In this document: positions 13,495-26,125 of the stretch, in pieces
Numbering within the stretch: position 1 is the stretch's first letter
Layout of the letters: the number at the start of each line of letters is the position of its first letter
Assembly (NCBI GenBank): GCA_965112155.1
Contig: OZ218103.1
Origin: Podarcis liolepis
Lineage: Eukaryota
Length of the DNA: 64,000 nucleotides
Direction: 5' to 3' (one strand)
Translations under genes and position numbers: made by a program
The notes under the pieces: generated by a model
Database searches by the model: none
What the model was told of the DNA's origin: nothing
Seen by the model: only the letters and a program-made list of their open reading frames with translations

Positions 13495-13925
13495 CATTTC
13501 ATAAAGCCTTAAACTGCTTAGGTCAACAATACTTAAGGACCGTCGCTCTCCATATGAACCTACCTGGACCCTGTGGCCATCACCTGTGGCCTGTGCCCCC
13601 TCCATGAGCGGTCCAGAGGGTAACATGAGAACAGGCCTTTTCTGCAGTGGCTCCACCATTTGTGGAATGCTCTCCCCAGGGAGATTCGGCTGGCACCTTC
13701 ATTATACACCTCTAGGTGCCAGGCAAAAAAAGTTCCTCTTCACCCAAGCCTTTGGTTGACTGACATCTGATGCCCTTCTAAATGCGTCGTGGGAGGGTGT
13801 ATTATTGGTTTGTTGTTGCTGTTATCTTTTACTACGTATTTTGTGGTTTTTATATTGTAATTTTATGTTGTGAACCGCCCTGAGATCTCTGGATGAAGGG
13901 TGATATACAAATTTAATAAATTAAT
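13495..13925 (+). mobile_element. L2 LINE fragment: decayed ORF2 C-terminus plus 3' UTR
   Basis: Translates as KALNCLGQQYLKDRRSPYEPT...RAFSAVAP..., the L2 ORF2 C-terminal motifs with frameshifts. Ends GTGAACCGCCCTGAGATC...ATACAAATTTAATAAA. Confidence 0.85.
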
Positions 13926-15159
13926 TTATTAACTAATAATATTTGTATGACACATTTCCATAGTTAAAACCATGCTCAAGTCGGCCTATGATATGAAAAG
14001 ACTTGCATAATTACAAATATAATGAAAGTAGTCATAAACAATAAATAAAACACATCAAAAAGTACACAACCAAATTAAACGATTTCCACATCAATAATAA
14101 TATCTTTATCTTTATAATCGTAATTATAAAGACACAACAAATTAATATCAATAACAGCAACAAAAAACCCTAACCAATGTCCCAGCCAAAGAGTCTAATG
14201 GCACAATGGTACTGTTATATTTGGCATACAATGCCACGATAAGAAGCTGCACAAGTCCTCTTTTGGAAAGGGGATAAAAGGCCTATTGGCCCTTTAATGC
14301 GAGAAAAAGAGAGTGTAAGCAAAAGCACGTGCAGGTATTTATGTAGAAATCTCTCATCTTACATTCAAGAATCAGTAAATGAGTTACTAGCAAGGAAAAA
14401 AGGTGGTGAAGAAGTTAAGAGCAGAAAACAAGCTGGCAAATTTCCTTTCAAATTATATGGCTGATTTAGTTGGTTCATTGTTTCTTCCTAAACAATATTC
14501 CTGGAGATCAAGATAAGCTTTGCATGAACTAAACTACTAGCCTCAACAAAACTGTTCTGCAAAGCATAAGTTGGCAAGGGATCAAGCGTGAGTCTACCCA
14601 GCTTCAAAGTTTTTCCGCAGGATAAACAAGTCTGCAGTGTGTCACTACTAAGTAGAGAGCTATGATCTGAGCAAATAATTTAAGCACATGAAATTATTAT
14701 TGGATTTACTTTCTGTATAGAGGTGGAGGTTTCCCTATCATAAATTTATCACTTTTGGATTTAAGTATGACATGGATGTCCCCAAGCCATTCAGTATATG
14801 AGGACGTGCTAGTATGTGGAAAACTGGTCTGAGTCAACGGCTTAGGAAACTTGTTCATTTTGAAATCAATCACATGCTCACTTTGGGTGCTTCTCTTGAA
14901 AACTAATTTATTAAAAAGTAAAAGTTTATTTAAAAAACACACACGTTGCTTTCACATTCTTATGGGTAGTGAACAATCAGTTACAACATTGATGCTGCTT
15001 TCTCAAACGTTTTCTCTTCCTTTGCAGATTTGGCTGCAATGGTGGATCATCAATAAACTCCTAACAGTAGCCAAAACGATTTTCGGCACCAGGACACAAG
15101 AAGCATCCCTAGTTGTGATCGGGTCCCAGGCCCTTTCCACCTGATGCCACTATTTAGTC

Positions 15160-15296
15160 CAGGCATGGCCACACTTGGCCCTCCGGGTGTTTTGGGACTA
15201 CAACTCCCATCATCCCTAGCTAACAGGACCAGTGGTCGGGGTTGATGGGAATTGTAGTCCCAAAAACATCTGGAGGGCCAAGTTTGGCCATGCCTG
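15160..15296. mobile_element. hAT-type MITE, 137 bp
   Basis: TIRs CAGGCATGGCCA / TGGCCATGCCTG; almost wholly palindromic; 8-bp TSD ATTTAGTC / ATCTAGTC. Confidence 0.9.
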
Positions 15297-15316
15297 ATCT
15301 AGTCTAATAGTTTCAG

Positions 15317-15394
15317 TTCCCAGTCCACCAACACCCTCACATTCAAGAAATATCACTTCCCAGTCCACCAACACCCTCATTCAAGAAATATCAC
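15317..15394. repeat. Tandem duplication of about 40 bp
   Basis: TTCCCAGTCCACCAACACCCTCA(CA)TTCAAGAAATATCAC occurs twice (40 bp and 38 bp). Confidence 0.9.
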
Positions 15395-15512
15395 GGAATC
15401 ATAGAGATGGAAAGCACCCTGAAGATCATCTAGCCCAACCCTGTGCCGTGCAGCTGTTCCGTAGAGGGGTCGAACCTGCAACCTTGGTGTTATCAGCACC
15501 ATGCTACAGCTA
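15391..15512 (-). mobile_element. SINE with tRNA-Ile-like head and CR1-type tail
   Basis: Minus strand AGCATGGTGCTGATAACACCAAGGTTGCAGGTTCGACCCC resembles the tRNA-Ile anticodon and T arms. Followed by GGGTTGGGCTAGATGATCTTCAGGGTGCTTTCCATCTCTATGATTC. Confidence 0.75.
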
Positions 15513-16592
15513 GTTTTACCTAATCTGATCTGAATGAAATCATAACATAATCTAGGTCTTAAATGGAACTGCATTTCTTTGATGGACTTGCCATAATGTA
15601 GATATACAACTCATAAACCATCAACCTATCTACAATAGCAGTAATAATAGGTATTTATTTAGCGCATCAAATGCATATAGGTGATCCTTGCAACAACCCT
15701 GCAAAGTGAATCAGTATTATAATACCCACGTTGTAGTACAAGAGTGGCCAGCCCATGGGCACATATGCATACTGGAGAAACAGTCATGGGCACCACAAAG
15801 AGAGAGAGCACAACTTATACTACTGGATACAACAAGATGCTTCTTTCAAGATTAATTTCAGAGGGAGGGAGGAATCCTGTAGGTGCCAGATAAGACCTCT
15901 GTGGGTGATGCATTGGCAACCAGTGTTATACGGGGATGAAGGCAGAGTAGGGCAAAGGGGAAATCTGAACAGACATTCCTTGGTTCACTCTCTTAGCCTT
16001 TTCTGCACCATACCAGTCATGCTATCAGGACAACTTTAATTAAGCATGTGTTTGTTTCCCTTTATCAATTTTTGCTATTAATTAATCCGAGCTGACCTCT
16101 TTGAACTCCAAAGGGCTGGTGGAAAACCTACCACTGTCTTAACATTTATAGTTCTATGCAGGAAAGTAAATGCAAAGCCATCTTTAATTATAATACTGCA
16201 ACCGTTTATACTTTTTTTTATTTGGAAGGAAGTCTTAGATACCCGCAGAAGGGATTTTAAGTGAACTTTAAGATCACAGCGTAACATTGCAACCCTATAA
16301 ACCATAGCTAAGGAAAGAAGACGCAATTATCACCACACACACAACAAATCACTAATTAAGATGCTAATTAAGAGAAATCTTCTGAGGGTCAGCACCATTG
16401 CACCAGGAATAACTGCCATTTCCAGGTGCAAAAGCACACAGAGCACAGAGAAAACAATGGCTTGTAGGATCAGTTCTTGACTTAATAACGCAGGATATGC
16501 AGATATTGCTTCTTAAGCCAGAATTTGATTGTATCAATCTACCCTGTGAGTATACAGCAAAAGGACATTTTTGCATAAATCAGTGCTTCTGA

Positions 16593-16826
16593 TAATTTGT
16601 TCCGGAGGTCCGTTCTTAACCTGAAACTGTTCTTAACCTGAAGCACCACTTTAGCTAATGGGGCCTCCTGCTGCCGCTGCGCCGCCCGAGCACGATTTCT
16701 GTTCTTATCCTGAAGCAAAGTTCTTAACCCGAGGTACTATTTCTGGGTTAGCGGAGTCTGTAATCTGAAGTGTATGTAACCTGAAGCGTATGTAACCTGA
16801 AGCGTATGTAACCCAAGGTACCACTG
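16593..16826. mobile_element. Tigger/pogo-like MITE, left TIR lost
   Basis: Same family as 12929 and 46688; ends AAGGTACCACTG|TA. Confidence 0.85.
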
Positions 16827-19263
16827 TACTACACCCCAGATGCTAAATCAGGTTGTGCTTCTAGGACTACTGCCTTGAACAAGACGGTGCACATTCTCAT
16901 AATATTAAGAAGAAATACACAAACCAGTAGGGAAGCAAGTTCACGGAAGACTCTCAGCCCAGTATGTATCTTGGATACATGAACAATCGTCTCCATTAAC
17001 AGGAGAAGAAAGTTGTTTCAGGTTTTTGACTGGGCATCCCATGAGATGGCACATTCAAGTGTAGTTCAGCCCAGTTTGTAGCTCAACTCCCCCTGCCCGA
17101 TGAGTAGAAAGAACAAACTCATGTCCAAGACTCATAACCGGTTGAGTGTTCTCCCTGGGATATAATGCGGAACAGGTCTGTGATCAGCTGTTGAGGTGCA
17201 GAAATAATGAGCAAGAGATAAAATGAACAACTTTAGAAATAGAAAGTTGCCAGACACCAAAAGGGAGCAGCAAAAAATATCCTGGCTATTCAGCTTTTAG
17301 GTTCTTCTTCAGTCAAAACTGTCACAGTATGCTGTATTCATCACGATATACTATAGATCTAGAGAGCGCAAGCGAGCTTTCATGGTAAAATGAGTTTAAC
17401 CACACAACAGTGGTCTTCTCTGCTGTATGTAAATATTTGTGCACTTTGAATTGCTACTGAGGTCAGAAGGTTTGGAGGAGCCACACATTATAGTTAGCTG
17501 CACAGCAAGGGGAATGGACCACCAAATTAATTTACTGGGTAAGCAGTAGGGAAGGAGGAGACTTTTTTTACATATCTGTATTAGAGAGATTGCCTGTATA
17601 TGAATCATTTTTTTATTATTATTACCTCCCTGGCCTGGGAGAATATGCAATATATTATGTGTTTCTACTAAGACACCTGGAAAGTACAAAATGAATGCTA
17701 AAGTTCTGCGTAACTTTTAAAACTTCACTGTCTAAAACCAAGTTTCTGTCCTAAAAAATGCAGAGTAGCATTTGGATCTGCAAGGAATTTTCTTAAGACC
17801 CAACTCCTAGCTGCTTCCCCCAACAATATTTTCTTCTATTTATTATTTCCATGCAGCAGATGACAGGTCAGATAGCCCTTTAGTGAGAAGTGAACAGTTC
17901 AGCTGAAAACAAACCAAGTGCAGAGGTCAGGCATAAGGTTAAGACTATCACAGAGTCTGAGATTACATTATCTTTAACAGATCAGTTCGTGTATTTCAGA
18001 TGTGCTGCAGTAATACATTTCTGGATGCACTGCAGCTACTGTTTTGCAGTGCATCAGTGGAAACAGCGGGTAGGGGTGACAGCATCTTTGTCGATTTCAG
18101 AGAACAAGTTTCAATGGAAAGGCACATTTAAAAATCGGCTATTAAGAATTGTAAAAGTGAAAGCAACATCATACCCATGACAACTTGGGGGGCTCAACAT
18201 TTGCGACATTAAAAATGGTGGGTGAAGCAGAGTTCAATGTTAAGAGCAGAATATTCTCGGCTAGACGTGTCTAATATGCTTTCCTTCGTTGAACAGCCTT
18301 GATATTTTGCCTTGAAGTGCACCGATGGCGATATGACAGAACACTATCCAGATGCCCTCGGAAGGACTGGAGTCTTTGGAGCAGAGAGACACAGAGAGAT
18401 TCTATCACAGAGTACATGTAAAAGTTTATCTTGCTTGGGCAAAAGCCACCAGCAGCTTCTGTACAGAATATGATACAACTAATTAGCATCTGCAAAGAGC
18501 AGGTGGCAGGTTCACCAGTCAATTCCTGAAAAGACCATTTCATGTGTGGTTATTTCCATGTAGGAAAAAACAGCAGACTGTGATACGTGTTAAAATGTCT
18601 ATTAACATGTGCACATGAGCCCTCTCTGCATGATTAACATTGCACAGAAGAGGAAGAAGCAGGGGTGGGCACACTCACTCCATGCCACTGCCTGTGAGTC
18701 GAGGCCGGCTGTCTGCAGCAGTCAACCTGCTCTATTAGTGCAAGATTCCCATGTGTTTTAGAAGCCTGGAAAACCAGGGTTCTTAGGTGTATGGGGAGTC
18801 CACCTAAAGAGAATGGGGCCCCTGCAGCAATTGCTCCCAACTCAAGGTTTGGGTTCGTGGACACATTTAGATTTTCAAGTAAGGAGGGCAGTGAGCGGGA
18901 GCTCAGAAATGTTATACAGACAACAAGCAACTACAGTAAGGGCTCAAGTGCACCCATGGGTGTCTTGTAGAGAGTAATGGTGACAGAGGAGGCTGTTCTT
19001 GCTTCCTACACCATGAGGTATTAATCATGGGGACTATGGTTTCCCATGTACATATATGCAGCAAACACGATGGTGTACATATGGTTTGTACATAAATGCA
19101 GTGTTGACATATGTAAGCAATATATGAAATCTTATGTTTGCAGGCTCAAGCAGGCAGCAGTCAACACCCCTGTCCCTCCTTCATCACAATCTCCACTCTA
19201 AACTGTGAGCAAAATCAGACCCAAGCTCTTACTGTATTAGCAATGAACTACTGTTTAGAGGAA

Positions 19264-19613
19264 GGGACGCGGGTGGCGCTGTGGGTTAAACCACAGAGCC
19301 TAGGGCTTGCTGATCAGGTCAGCGGTTCGAATCCCCGCGACGGGGTGAGCTCCCGTTGCTCGGTCCCTGCTCCTGCCAACCTAGCAGTTCGAAAGCACCT
19401 CAAAGTGCAAGTAGATAAATAGGTACTACTCCAGCGGGAAGGTAAACGACGTTTCCGTGCACTGCTCTTGTTCGCCAGAAGCGGCTTAGTCATGCTGGCC
19501 ACATGACTGGAAGCTGTACGCCAGCTCCCTCGGGCAATAAAGCAGGATGAGCACCGCAACCCCAGATCGGCCACAACTGGACCTAATGGTCAGGGGTCCC
19601 TTTACCTTTACCT
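19264..19613 (+). mobile_element. Sauria SINE, full length
   Basis: GGGACGCGGGTGGCGCTGTGGGTTAAACC (A box) ... GGTTCGAATCCC (B box) ... CCCTTTACCTTTACC tail. 14-bp TSD TACTGTTTAGAGGA at 19249-19262 and 19614-19627. Confidence 0.95.
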
Positions 19614-20997
19614 TACTGTTTAGAGGACCAGGAAAGTCCACCAGTCGGTGTGGGGCAGGGAGAAAGAGTGGAAAGTCAACTTTTAAGTCAACGACATACA
19701 TGATATTTAGGAGGAAAGGTTCTGTGTTTGAAGCTGATCTTGATATTTAAATATAATATTCGGATTCTTGAACAAGTGAAATGGGTACGTCTCCCTCCGG
19801 TCATTTCCACTGAAGTTAATCCAAGCCCTGAAAGAGACCTAGAGCTACTAAAGGAAGTGAGAAAGAGCACCACTCTTAGAAAAAGGTAGCCATCACTACC
19901 CCATGATCAAGCAAACACTGAGTGGGCTGAGTAGGAGTTCAGAGGCTTCATGGGCACCAGGGGGAGACCTCAAAGGACACCACTGTGTCCGCAGGCACCA
20001 TATTGGTGACCCCTTATAAAGCTAATCTATGTACACAACATGCACAGGATGGAGTGTCAGTGGAAAAGAGAAAACGGGAAGAGGCAGAGGAACATGAGAA
20101 GAAATGAGTTGCATTTTTTAAAAAAACCCTTTTCTTTGCAACCCATGAGGACCAGAAATGTAGTTTCACCCACTCCCCAACATTCCAAAAACAGTCTATA
20201 TGAGAATATAAGATAATGCAGAACAACTGTAATGCAGCAAGTTTCTATACCTCCTGTTTATACACAGACAGCCCCAGTGAAACTAATAGCTTCAGAACCA
20301 GACTATTCATCATGCCATGGTCCCATAATTTTGCATACTATAGGGATGGAAGGGTTCAGGTCCACAGCTGCTGGGCATGTCAGATTTATAGAGTGAAAGC
20401 ACCTGAGCTCTCTCTCCCAGTCCTTTGGGGAAACTCCAGTTTTTAAGGACTGATTAATGATACAACGTTAATGTAGCAGTCATATATCCTGCTTCATAGT
20501 TTGAAAAGTTCTGCATTGAGCAGATGATGAAGTCCATGGATTTGCTGTGATTTAGCACCTCCAGCTCCTAAGAACTAATGTCTCCAATATGTCAGTAAAT
20601 CTACTAAATGAGGCAGTTTCTTGATGGCGATTTCTATGATGGATGATCTGAAACTGTGCCAAATTTTATCACTTAGCCCCAAATATGAAAAGGCTAGACA
20701 GACAAGGTGGGGAGGGGGGTTCTGATTTTGAAACTTCTACAAAAGCGCACACCACATCTCTCTAAGATCCAATTCTGAAGACCTTGTGCTCCTCTCTCTA
20801 ACGGTCTGCCACACAGTGACCTGGAAACATACGAGAGGGGGCAGCTACAGAGATCATGAGTGGCTTGGTTCTCAGTATCTTCTCATGCGTCTTGTGTGTG
20901 ACAAAATCAATGGGCTGCAATCTGGGAGGAGGGCAATTCTGGGATTGCCAGGAGTAGTACACAAATTTAGCCCACACTCCAACAGCGTCCCTTAGAG

Positions 20998-21272
20998 CAG
21001 TGGTGAATAACCTGTGGCTCTCCATATGTTCATCAAAGAACTGTAGAGTTGGAAGGGACAACAAGGGTCATATAGTCCAGCCCCCACCAATGCAGGGATA
21101 TTTTGCCCAATGTGGGGCTCAAACCCACAATCCCTAGAAAAAGAATCTGAGCTATCCTTGGTTGCTGGACTCCAACTCCCATAATTCCTGACAATTGGCC
21201 ATACTGGCTGGGACTAATGGGAGCTGGAGTCCAACAACATCTAACAGAACACAGGTTCTCACTCCATCCCTG
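20998..21272. mobile_element. hAT-type MITE interrupted by a SINE
   Basis: CAGTGGTGAATAACCTGTG ... CACAGGTTCTC..CCCTG; TSD CCTTAGAG / CCTTAGAC; contains the GGACTCCAACTCCC core. Confidence 0.75.
21040..21156 (-). mobile_element. tRNA-Lys-type SINE with CR1 tail, nested in the hAT MITE
   Basis: Reverse complement of the family seen at 28087 and 32553 (TGTAGAGTTGGAAGGGAC...TTGCCCAATGTGGGGCTCAAACCCAC...CTGAGCTATC). Confidence 0.75.
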
Positions 21273-22377
21273 CCTTAGACCATGCCTTTGCTTTCTCCTA
21301 GACAGGTAAACAACTATAATTCAGTCCTAAGGAGAAAAGTGAAGTGCTTCCCTGCCTCTCTCTGGGTCAGCATTAAAGGGGCAGGCCCTGGCACTTGATG
21401 ACCACTTATGGAAGACACTCCTAAAACAATCTGTGTAGAGAAAAAGCAGTATTTGGGCTGCTTAGTGCTAAACATTTTTGCCCAGGCTATTATAACAGGC
21501 GTGGGTGATGGCTGCAATTGCCCCAAGTATTAAAAGCATCAGTGACTTAGCCTGAGGTCACCTTTATCAACTGACATTTCCGTGCCAGCAAAAGGGCCCA
21601 TGAGATAAAAATGTTACTGTTCACCTAGCCTAAAGTAGCACAAGTTTCATGGCCACTGATGTACATGCAATAGAGGCGTTTGTGATAACTGAAGGAGTCA
21701 GCTTGCAGAAAATGCTGACTCATATGATGACTGCACTGTTTCAAACTATAGACAATAATGATTCACGTCCCTAAGAATAGCAGTGAAAATTCAGTTCCCC
21801 AAACTAACAAAATGGGATATCGGACAGGATGCTAAAAAGGTCTCTTGTGTGCAGGAGTCTTCCATGATTAATTAGGGCCTTACTTGTAAACCCAGGATAT
21901 AACTGGGATTGAAAGTCAAGCCCCTAGTACATAGTGGAAAATATTATATAACAAAAATGTTGACTAAGGGGGGGAAAGAACACACACGCAGAGCGAGAAC
22001 AACTTTCATTGATCTATTACAGGAAAAGAAGAGAAAAGTTGAGAAGGGGAAGACTGAAGCAACAGATGTATATGCATGGCTGGGTAAAAAGTACCAAGGG
22101 AATGTACTAGTAGAAAATTGCTGTTCATTGAATAATATAGAAATGAATACTTCCTGCACTGTTGTACTAAATCAAATACTAGCTGGTGAATAGATGATTT
22201 AATACAAAGCAAACAAAAGCCTGGCTTGCAGCATTTTTGGCTATTTACTAGAATGCTATACTCTGCCTGGATGCAGAGTCTAAACAAGGGAAGAACAGGG
22301 AAATCAGGAGCTGCTGATCACCAACTATCCTTCCATGTGCTCCGGATCATTTAAGCACAATTAAGAGATCAGGAGTA

Positions 22378-22547
22378 CCGTATTTTTCTGTGTATAAAAC
22401 TAGGTTTTCCCCCTAAAAAAATAATGTCAAAAATCTGGGGCCGTCTTATACACAGATAGTAAAATACACATTTTTTTCTTAAATTGGAGTCCACAAAAAT
22501 AGGGGGCGTCTCATACATGGGGGCATCTTAAAGACGGAAAAATATGG
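22378..22547. mobile_element. Tc1/mariner-superfamily MITE (CCGTATTTTTC termini)
   Basis: TA|CCGTATTTTTCTGTGTATAA ... TTAAAGACGGAAAAATATGG|TA. Confidence 0.8.
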
Positions 22548-23493
22548 TATTACATCTGCACTGGCTCTATATGAGAAAGACAGTAACATCATTCCCCAGC
22601 AGAAGATATATAAATTCAAAGTGCCATTAACTACCAAGCTATTTACTAACTATATCGCAGAACTGTACATCAACATCCTAGCACAGAACACAGAGGCAAT
22701 CATGAAACTATCAATTTGTTTACAAAATACAACCAGCAAGTATACAGGTGCAGGCAGCCAAGAAACTACAGTGGCCCACAATAGCCAGAACAAACATGTG
22801 AGCATGCTGAATACATGGGAATCCCTGTGCTAGCAAAAACTCATATATATGAAGGACGTATGATTTATGCTATAAATGCAAGAATTTGGGAGGGGGTGCT
22901 GTGGTCATTTTAGAAGGCATTATACAAAATATTTACTATAGCTTTAAAACTCAACCACAACATTTCATCAACTGTGTGTAACTAGTTTGTACCTGGGAGA
23001 GCCTTACAGAAATCTGTACTCTGCCAAGAACCTCCTTAACACCTTTGTGCTCTCCCTTCCAATCTCGATGCTGTAAAATGAGAATAACAGGAACCTTTGC
23101 ATGGCAATCAAAACTGTGATACAGAAGATCAAATCTACGAATTTGCATGTACAGAGCCCAGCACACACAATATTTCCCAACAGCACTATACAAGAAGGAA
23201 AATGCTTGGACTGAAGAATATGCAGGGAAAGTCTCACCCGCTGAACGCTTGCTAGATGAGAATAGCTTAGTCCAGGCCTAATGGGAAATGATGGCTTCCT
23301 GCTATGTAAATTGAGTTACAGCCAACCTCAGACTTCCTCTCAACAGAGCACAAGATCAGAAGAATCTGCTTCATGTTTTAAAACTAATCGGTTTCCCATG
23401 ACTTCCATACTTAGCAACTATGACCATTTCAGAATGAATGAGCACCTGAAACCAGTTTGATCCTGGCTTGTTCTCACTAGCTATAGTTTAAAC

Positions 23494-23680
23494 CAGGGGT
23501 AGTCAACCTTTTTATACCTACCGCCCCCTAATGCATCTTTCTTGATGGCAAAATTTCCTTACCACCCACCAGTGCTCAATGGAAGGAGGATTCAGCTTGT
23601 GCCATAGAACCCCCTACTGCCCCACCTGGAATCCTGAAAAGCCCACTAGCAGGTGGTAGGGACCAGGTTGACAACACCTG
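23494..23680. mobile_element. hAT-type MITE, 187 bp
   Basis: TIRs CAGGGGTAGTCAACC / GGTTGACAACACCTG; perfect 8-bp TSD GTTTAAAC at 23486-23493 and 23681-23688. Confidence 0.9.
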
Positions 23681-23869
23681 GTTTAAACAAACCACAGTAA
23701 GTTCAGATGCCATGGGAAACTATAGTTTAAGAGCAGGAACCAGGTATGCCCAATCACCTCCTTTGGTATGTGAAAGAGAAGAACAGGGAGACTGTGAGTC
23801 TGAGTACTGTCACAACTCAGTGACAATCATGGTTTCTTGTTACCAGTGACCCGTATCCCCATGTGAGTA

Positions 23870-23978
23870 CAGTGGTACCTCAGGTTACAGATGCCTTGGG
23901 TTACAGACGTGTCAGGTTACATACCCAGAAATAGTACCTCGGGTTAGGAACTTTGCTTCAGGATGAGAACAGAAATTG
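23870..23978. mobile_element. Tigger/pogo-like MITE, one-ended fragment
   Basis: TA|CAGTGGTACCTCAGGTTACA ... CAGGATGAGAACAGAAAT; matches the first half of 46688-46902. Confidence 0.85.
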
Positions 23979-24098
23979 TCAGAGAAAGGAACTTGAACCC
24001 TAAGCACACCACTTTGTTCAGTAGATTTCAACCTGTCAAAAGATGGGACAGGTTTGTCCTTGGGCCTCCTTCTGCACCACAGAGGCTTTCTCACTCAC

Positions 24099-24310
24099 CT
24101 TGTTTCGGGGGACCGATACAAAGGAAGGCTCTTGGCATCAGGCAAGAGACACGATCGGGACACACAGCTGGCCTTCAGTAACCAGTGAGGAAGGGGATTC
24201 CAAAGCTCCCACAATAGCTTGACTTCCCTCTTCCCACTCCCTGATATGTATCTCTTCCCATCTTTCCCTATAACATCATGCTTATCAAGGAGAAACGGTG
24301 GAAGGGCCAT
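24099..24310 (-). CDS. Candidate alternative first coding exon (MALPPFLLDK...PLYRSPET), unidentified gene
   Basis: gccATGG Kozak context, 70 open codons plus 2 nt, ending at a consensus donor AAG|GTGAGT. No homology recognised. Confidence 0.3.
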
Positions 24311-24654
24311 GGCACAAGTGCCTCCACCTGCCTCCCCTCATGACTCGGAACCAAGGACAGGGATCCGGGGATCTCTGGGCAAGTACAGAATGCCATGCGC
24401 TAGCCTACAGCCAAAGCTTATGTTGGGTGAAGGGCAAAGGAAAAGTGAAAGCAACCATGTGCATTAGAGGATCAATTATGACAAGAGCACACAGAGCTCC
24501 TTTTTAGCTAAAAAGCAGTCACTACTTCATGCTCTCCACTCCTTCCAAGTGTGTGCTGCTCTACCTCACCCTCCCTTTCCCCTCCATGCCAAAAGGAGGT
24601 GGTAATGCTCTGTTTTTATCTTAGAAAGAGCAAAGGAAGTTCTGCCTCATAAAA

Positions 24655-24862
24655 CAAAATGGCGGTGGCAGCGTTTGCCTCAACCAGCTGTGATTCAGCC
24701 ACAACCCATCCCATGGTCCCGACCCAACCTGTTGGAAGATCAGGGCCTTAGCTGCTATGTGTAACAAACCAGTGCCAACACCTTTCGCCATCCAGGTTCC
24801 ATTAATTGAAAATGCTCTCTGATACTGCCCTTTATCATGGCGACGACAACAAAATGGCAGGG
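24655..24862. promoter_or_regulatory. Cluster of YY1-like motifs
   Basis: AAAATGGCGG (~24656), CATGGCGAC (~24836) and AAAATGGCAG (~24851), all in the same orientation, 350-550 bp upstream (minus-strand sense) of the candidate exon at 24099-24310. Confidence 0.3.
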
Positions 24863-25507
24863 GAAGAACCCCACCTCAACGCAAAACAGATTCTGGGTAT
24901 TTATCTAATTTGAATGAGCATTCCAATGACAACATTTGGTTCTCCGTAACAGCTGAACCTGGTATTGTATATTTTCCCACCTCGAATTCTGGAACCCCAG
25001 TCATAATCACTGAAACCAATGCAGTCATGCTTTTTGGAGACCGATATCCCTTAGAGATCTGTACTAATGGTTTTTCATAAAGTGACTGCCTTAACGACTG
25101 CTGAACACAATGATGTTCAAGCTAAGCTTGTGTCAAGTGGGGTGTGGGTGGGCGTCACCTTCATTTTCTCTGGGCTACAGAATTCCACTTTTAAAGCATC
25201 ACAAAAGGCGACATTATGCATCTTGGAGGGGGGGTGCTGGGGTTCTTTTCGGGCAAAAAAGGCAGAGAAGAATAGCTGGTGTCAACAGAGTACTCCCATC
25301 TGCTCCCCCCTCCCCCAGATGTGGTCTTGAGACTTGGGTGACACTAAGCCCCTAAAGTCAATGAGCATCTGTTCTCCTCCACCCACTGCAATCTGCCCAG
25401 AACTGCCAGTTCGACAGCCATCAATCAAGCAATAATATGCTGACCACAGGACCCGGTGGGACACCATTTTCCAAGTCAAATGCAGCAGTTAGCATAAATA
25501 AAGCACT

Positions 25508-25559
<52 letters not shown>
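25508..25559. repeat. (CT)n(GT)n compound microsatellite
   Basis: Directly visible. Confidence 0.95.
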
Positions 25560-26060
25560 CTTTTCTCTCCCCCCCCCCCTATGATTCTGCAGCTGCTGCT
25601 AAGAACTCTGTATGCAATAAAAAGTAAGAAAAATAGGCAGGACAGAATGGCAATTCTGCTCCTCTGAGTCATAACAATTATGACGTTGTGATAAGAACCG
25701 TTTTTCCATGAATTTTTAAGTACCAGTAATCCTGTGCTGAGTCTGTCCCCAGGGAAAGAGGTGACAGGTTTGAGCAGGATTGACAGCTATTTCATCCTGA
25801 CAGTCAGCCACAACTAAGCCACCTTGAAGGCCTGCGCACCCCACTCTGAACTTCCGCTTTGGACTTACTAAGAATTGTTGCAGTGAGACGGCTTTGAGAC
25901 TAGCTATGACTCAGGAAACCTTAGTTCACATCTCACCTCTGCCATCTCCATGGTGTAGTGCCTGGGCTCTTTCGGGAGGAGTGTGTGTGATAGAAATAGA
26001 CTCAATAAGTAGAAAACGTATGGCTCTGGGCTATGGTTGCCACAACAGGATGTCTATTTG

Positions 26061-26125
26061 CCAGGGGGTTGGACTAGATGGCCATAGGGGTCCCTTTCCA
26101 ACGCGACAATTCTACGATTCTATGA
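26061..26125 (+). mobile_element. CR1-type 3' tail fragment
   Basis: CAGGGGGTTGGACTAGATGGCC...TCCCTTTCCAAC..ACAATTCTACGATTCTATGA. Confidence 0.75.

Noticed and set aside
19138-19750. ORFs sharing the peptide GTRVALWVKPQSLGLADQ with 47873-48217
   Set aside because: These are translations of two Sauria SINE copies, not paralogous genes.
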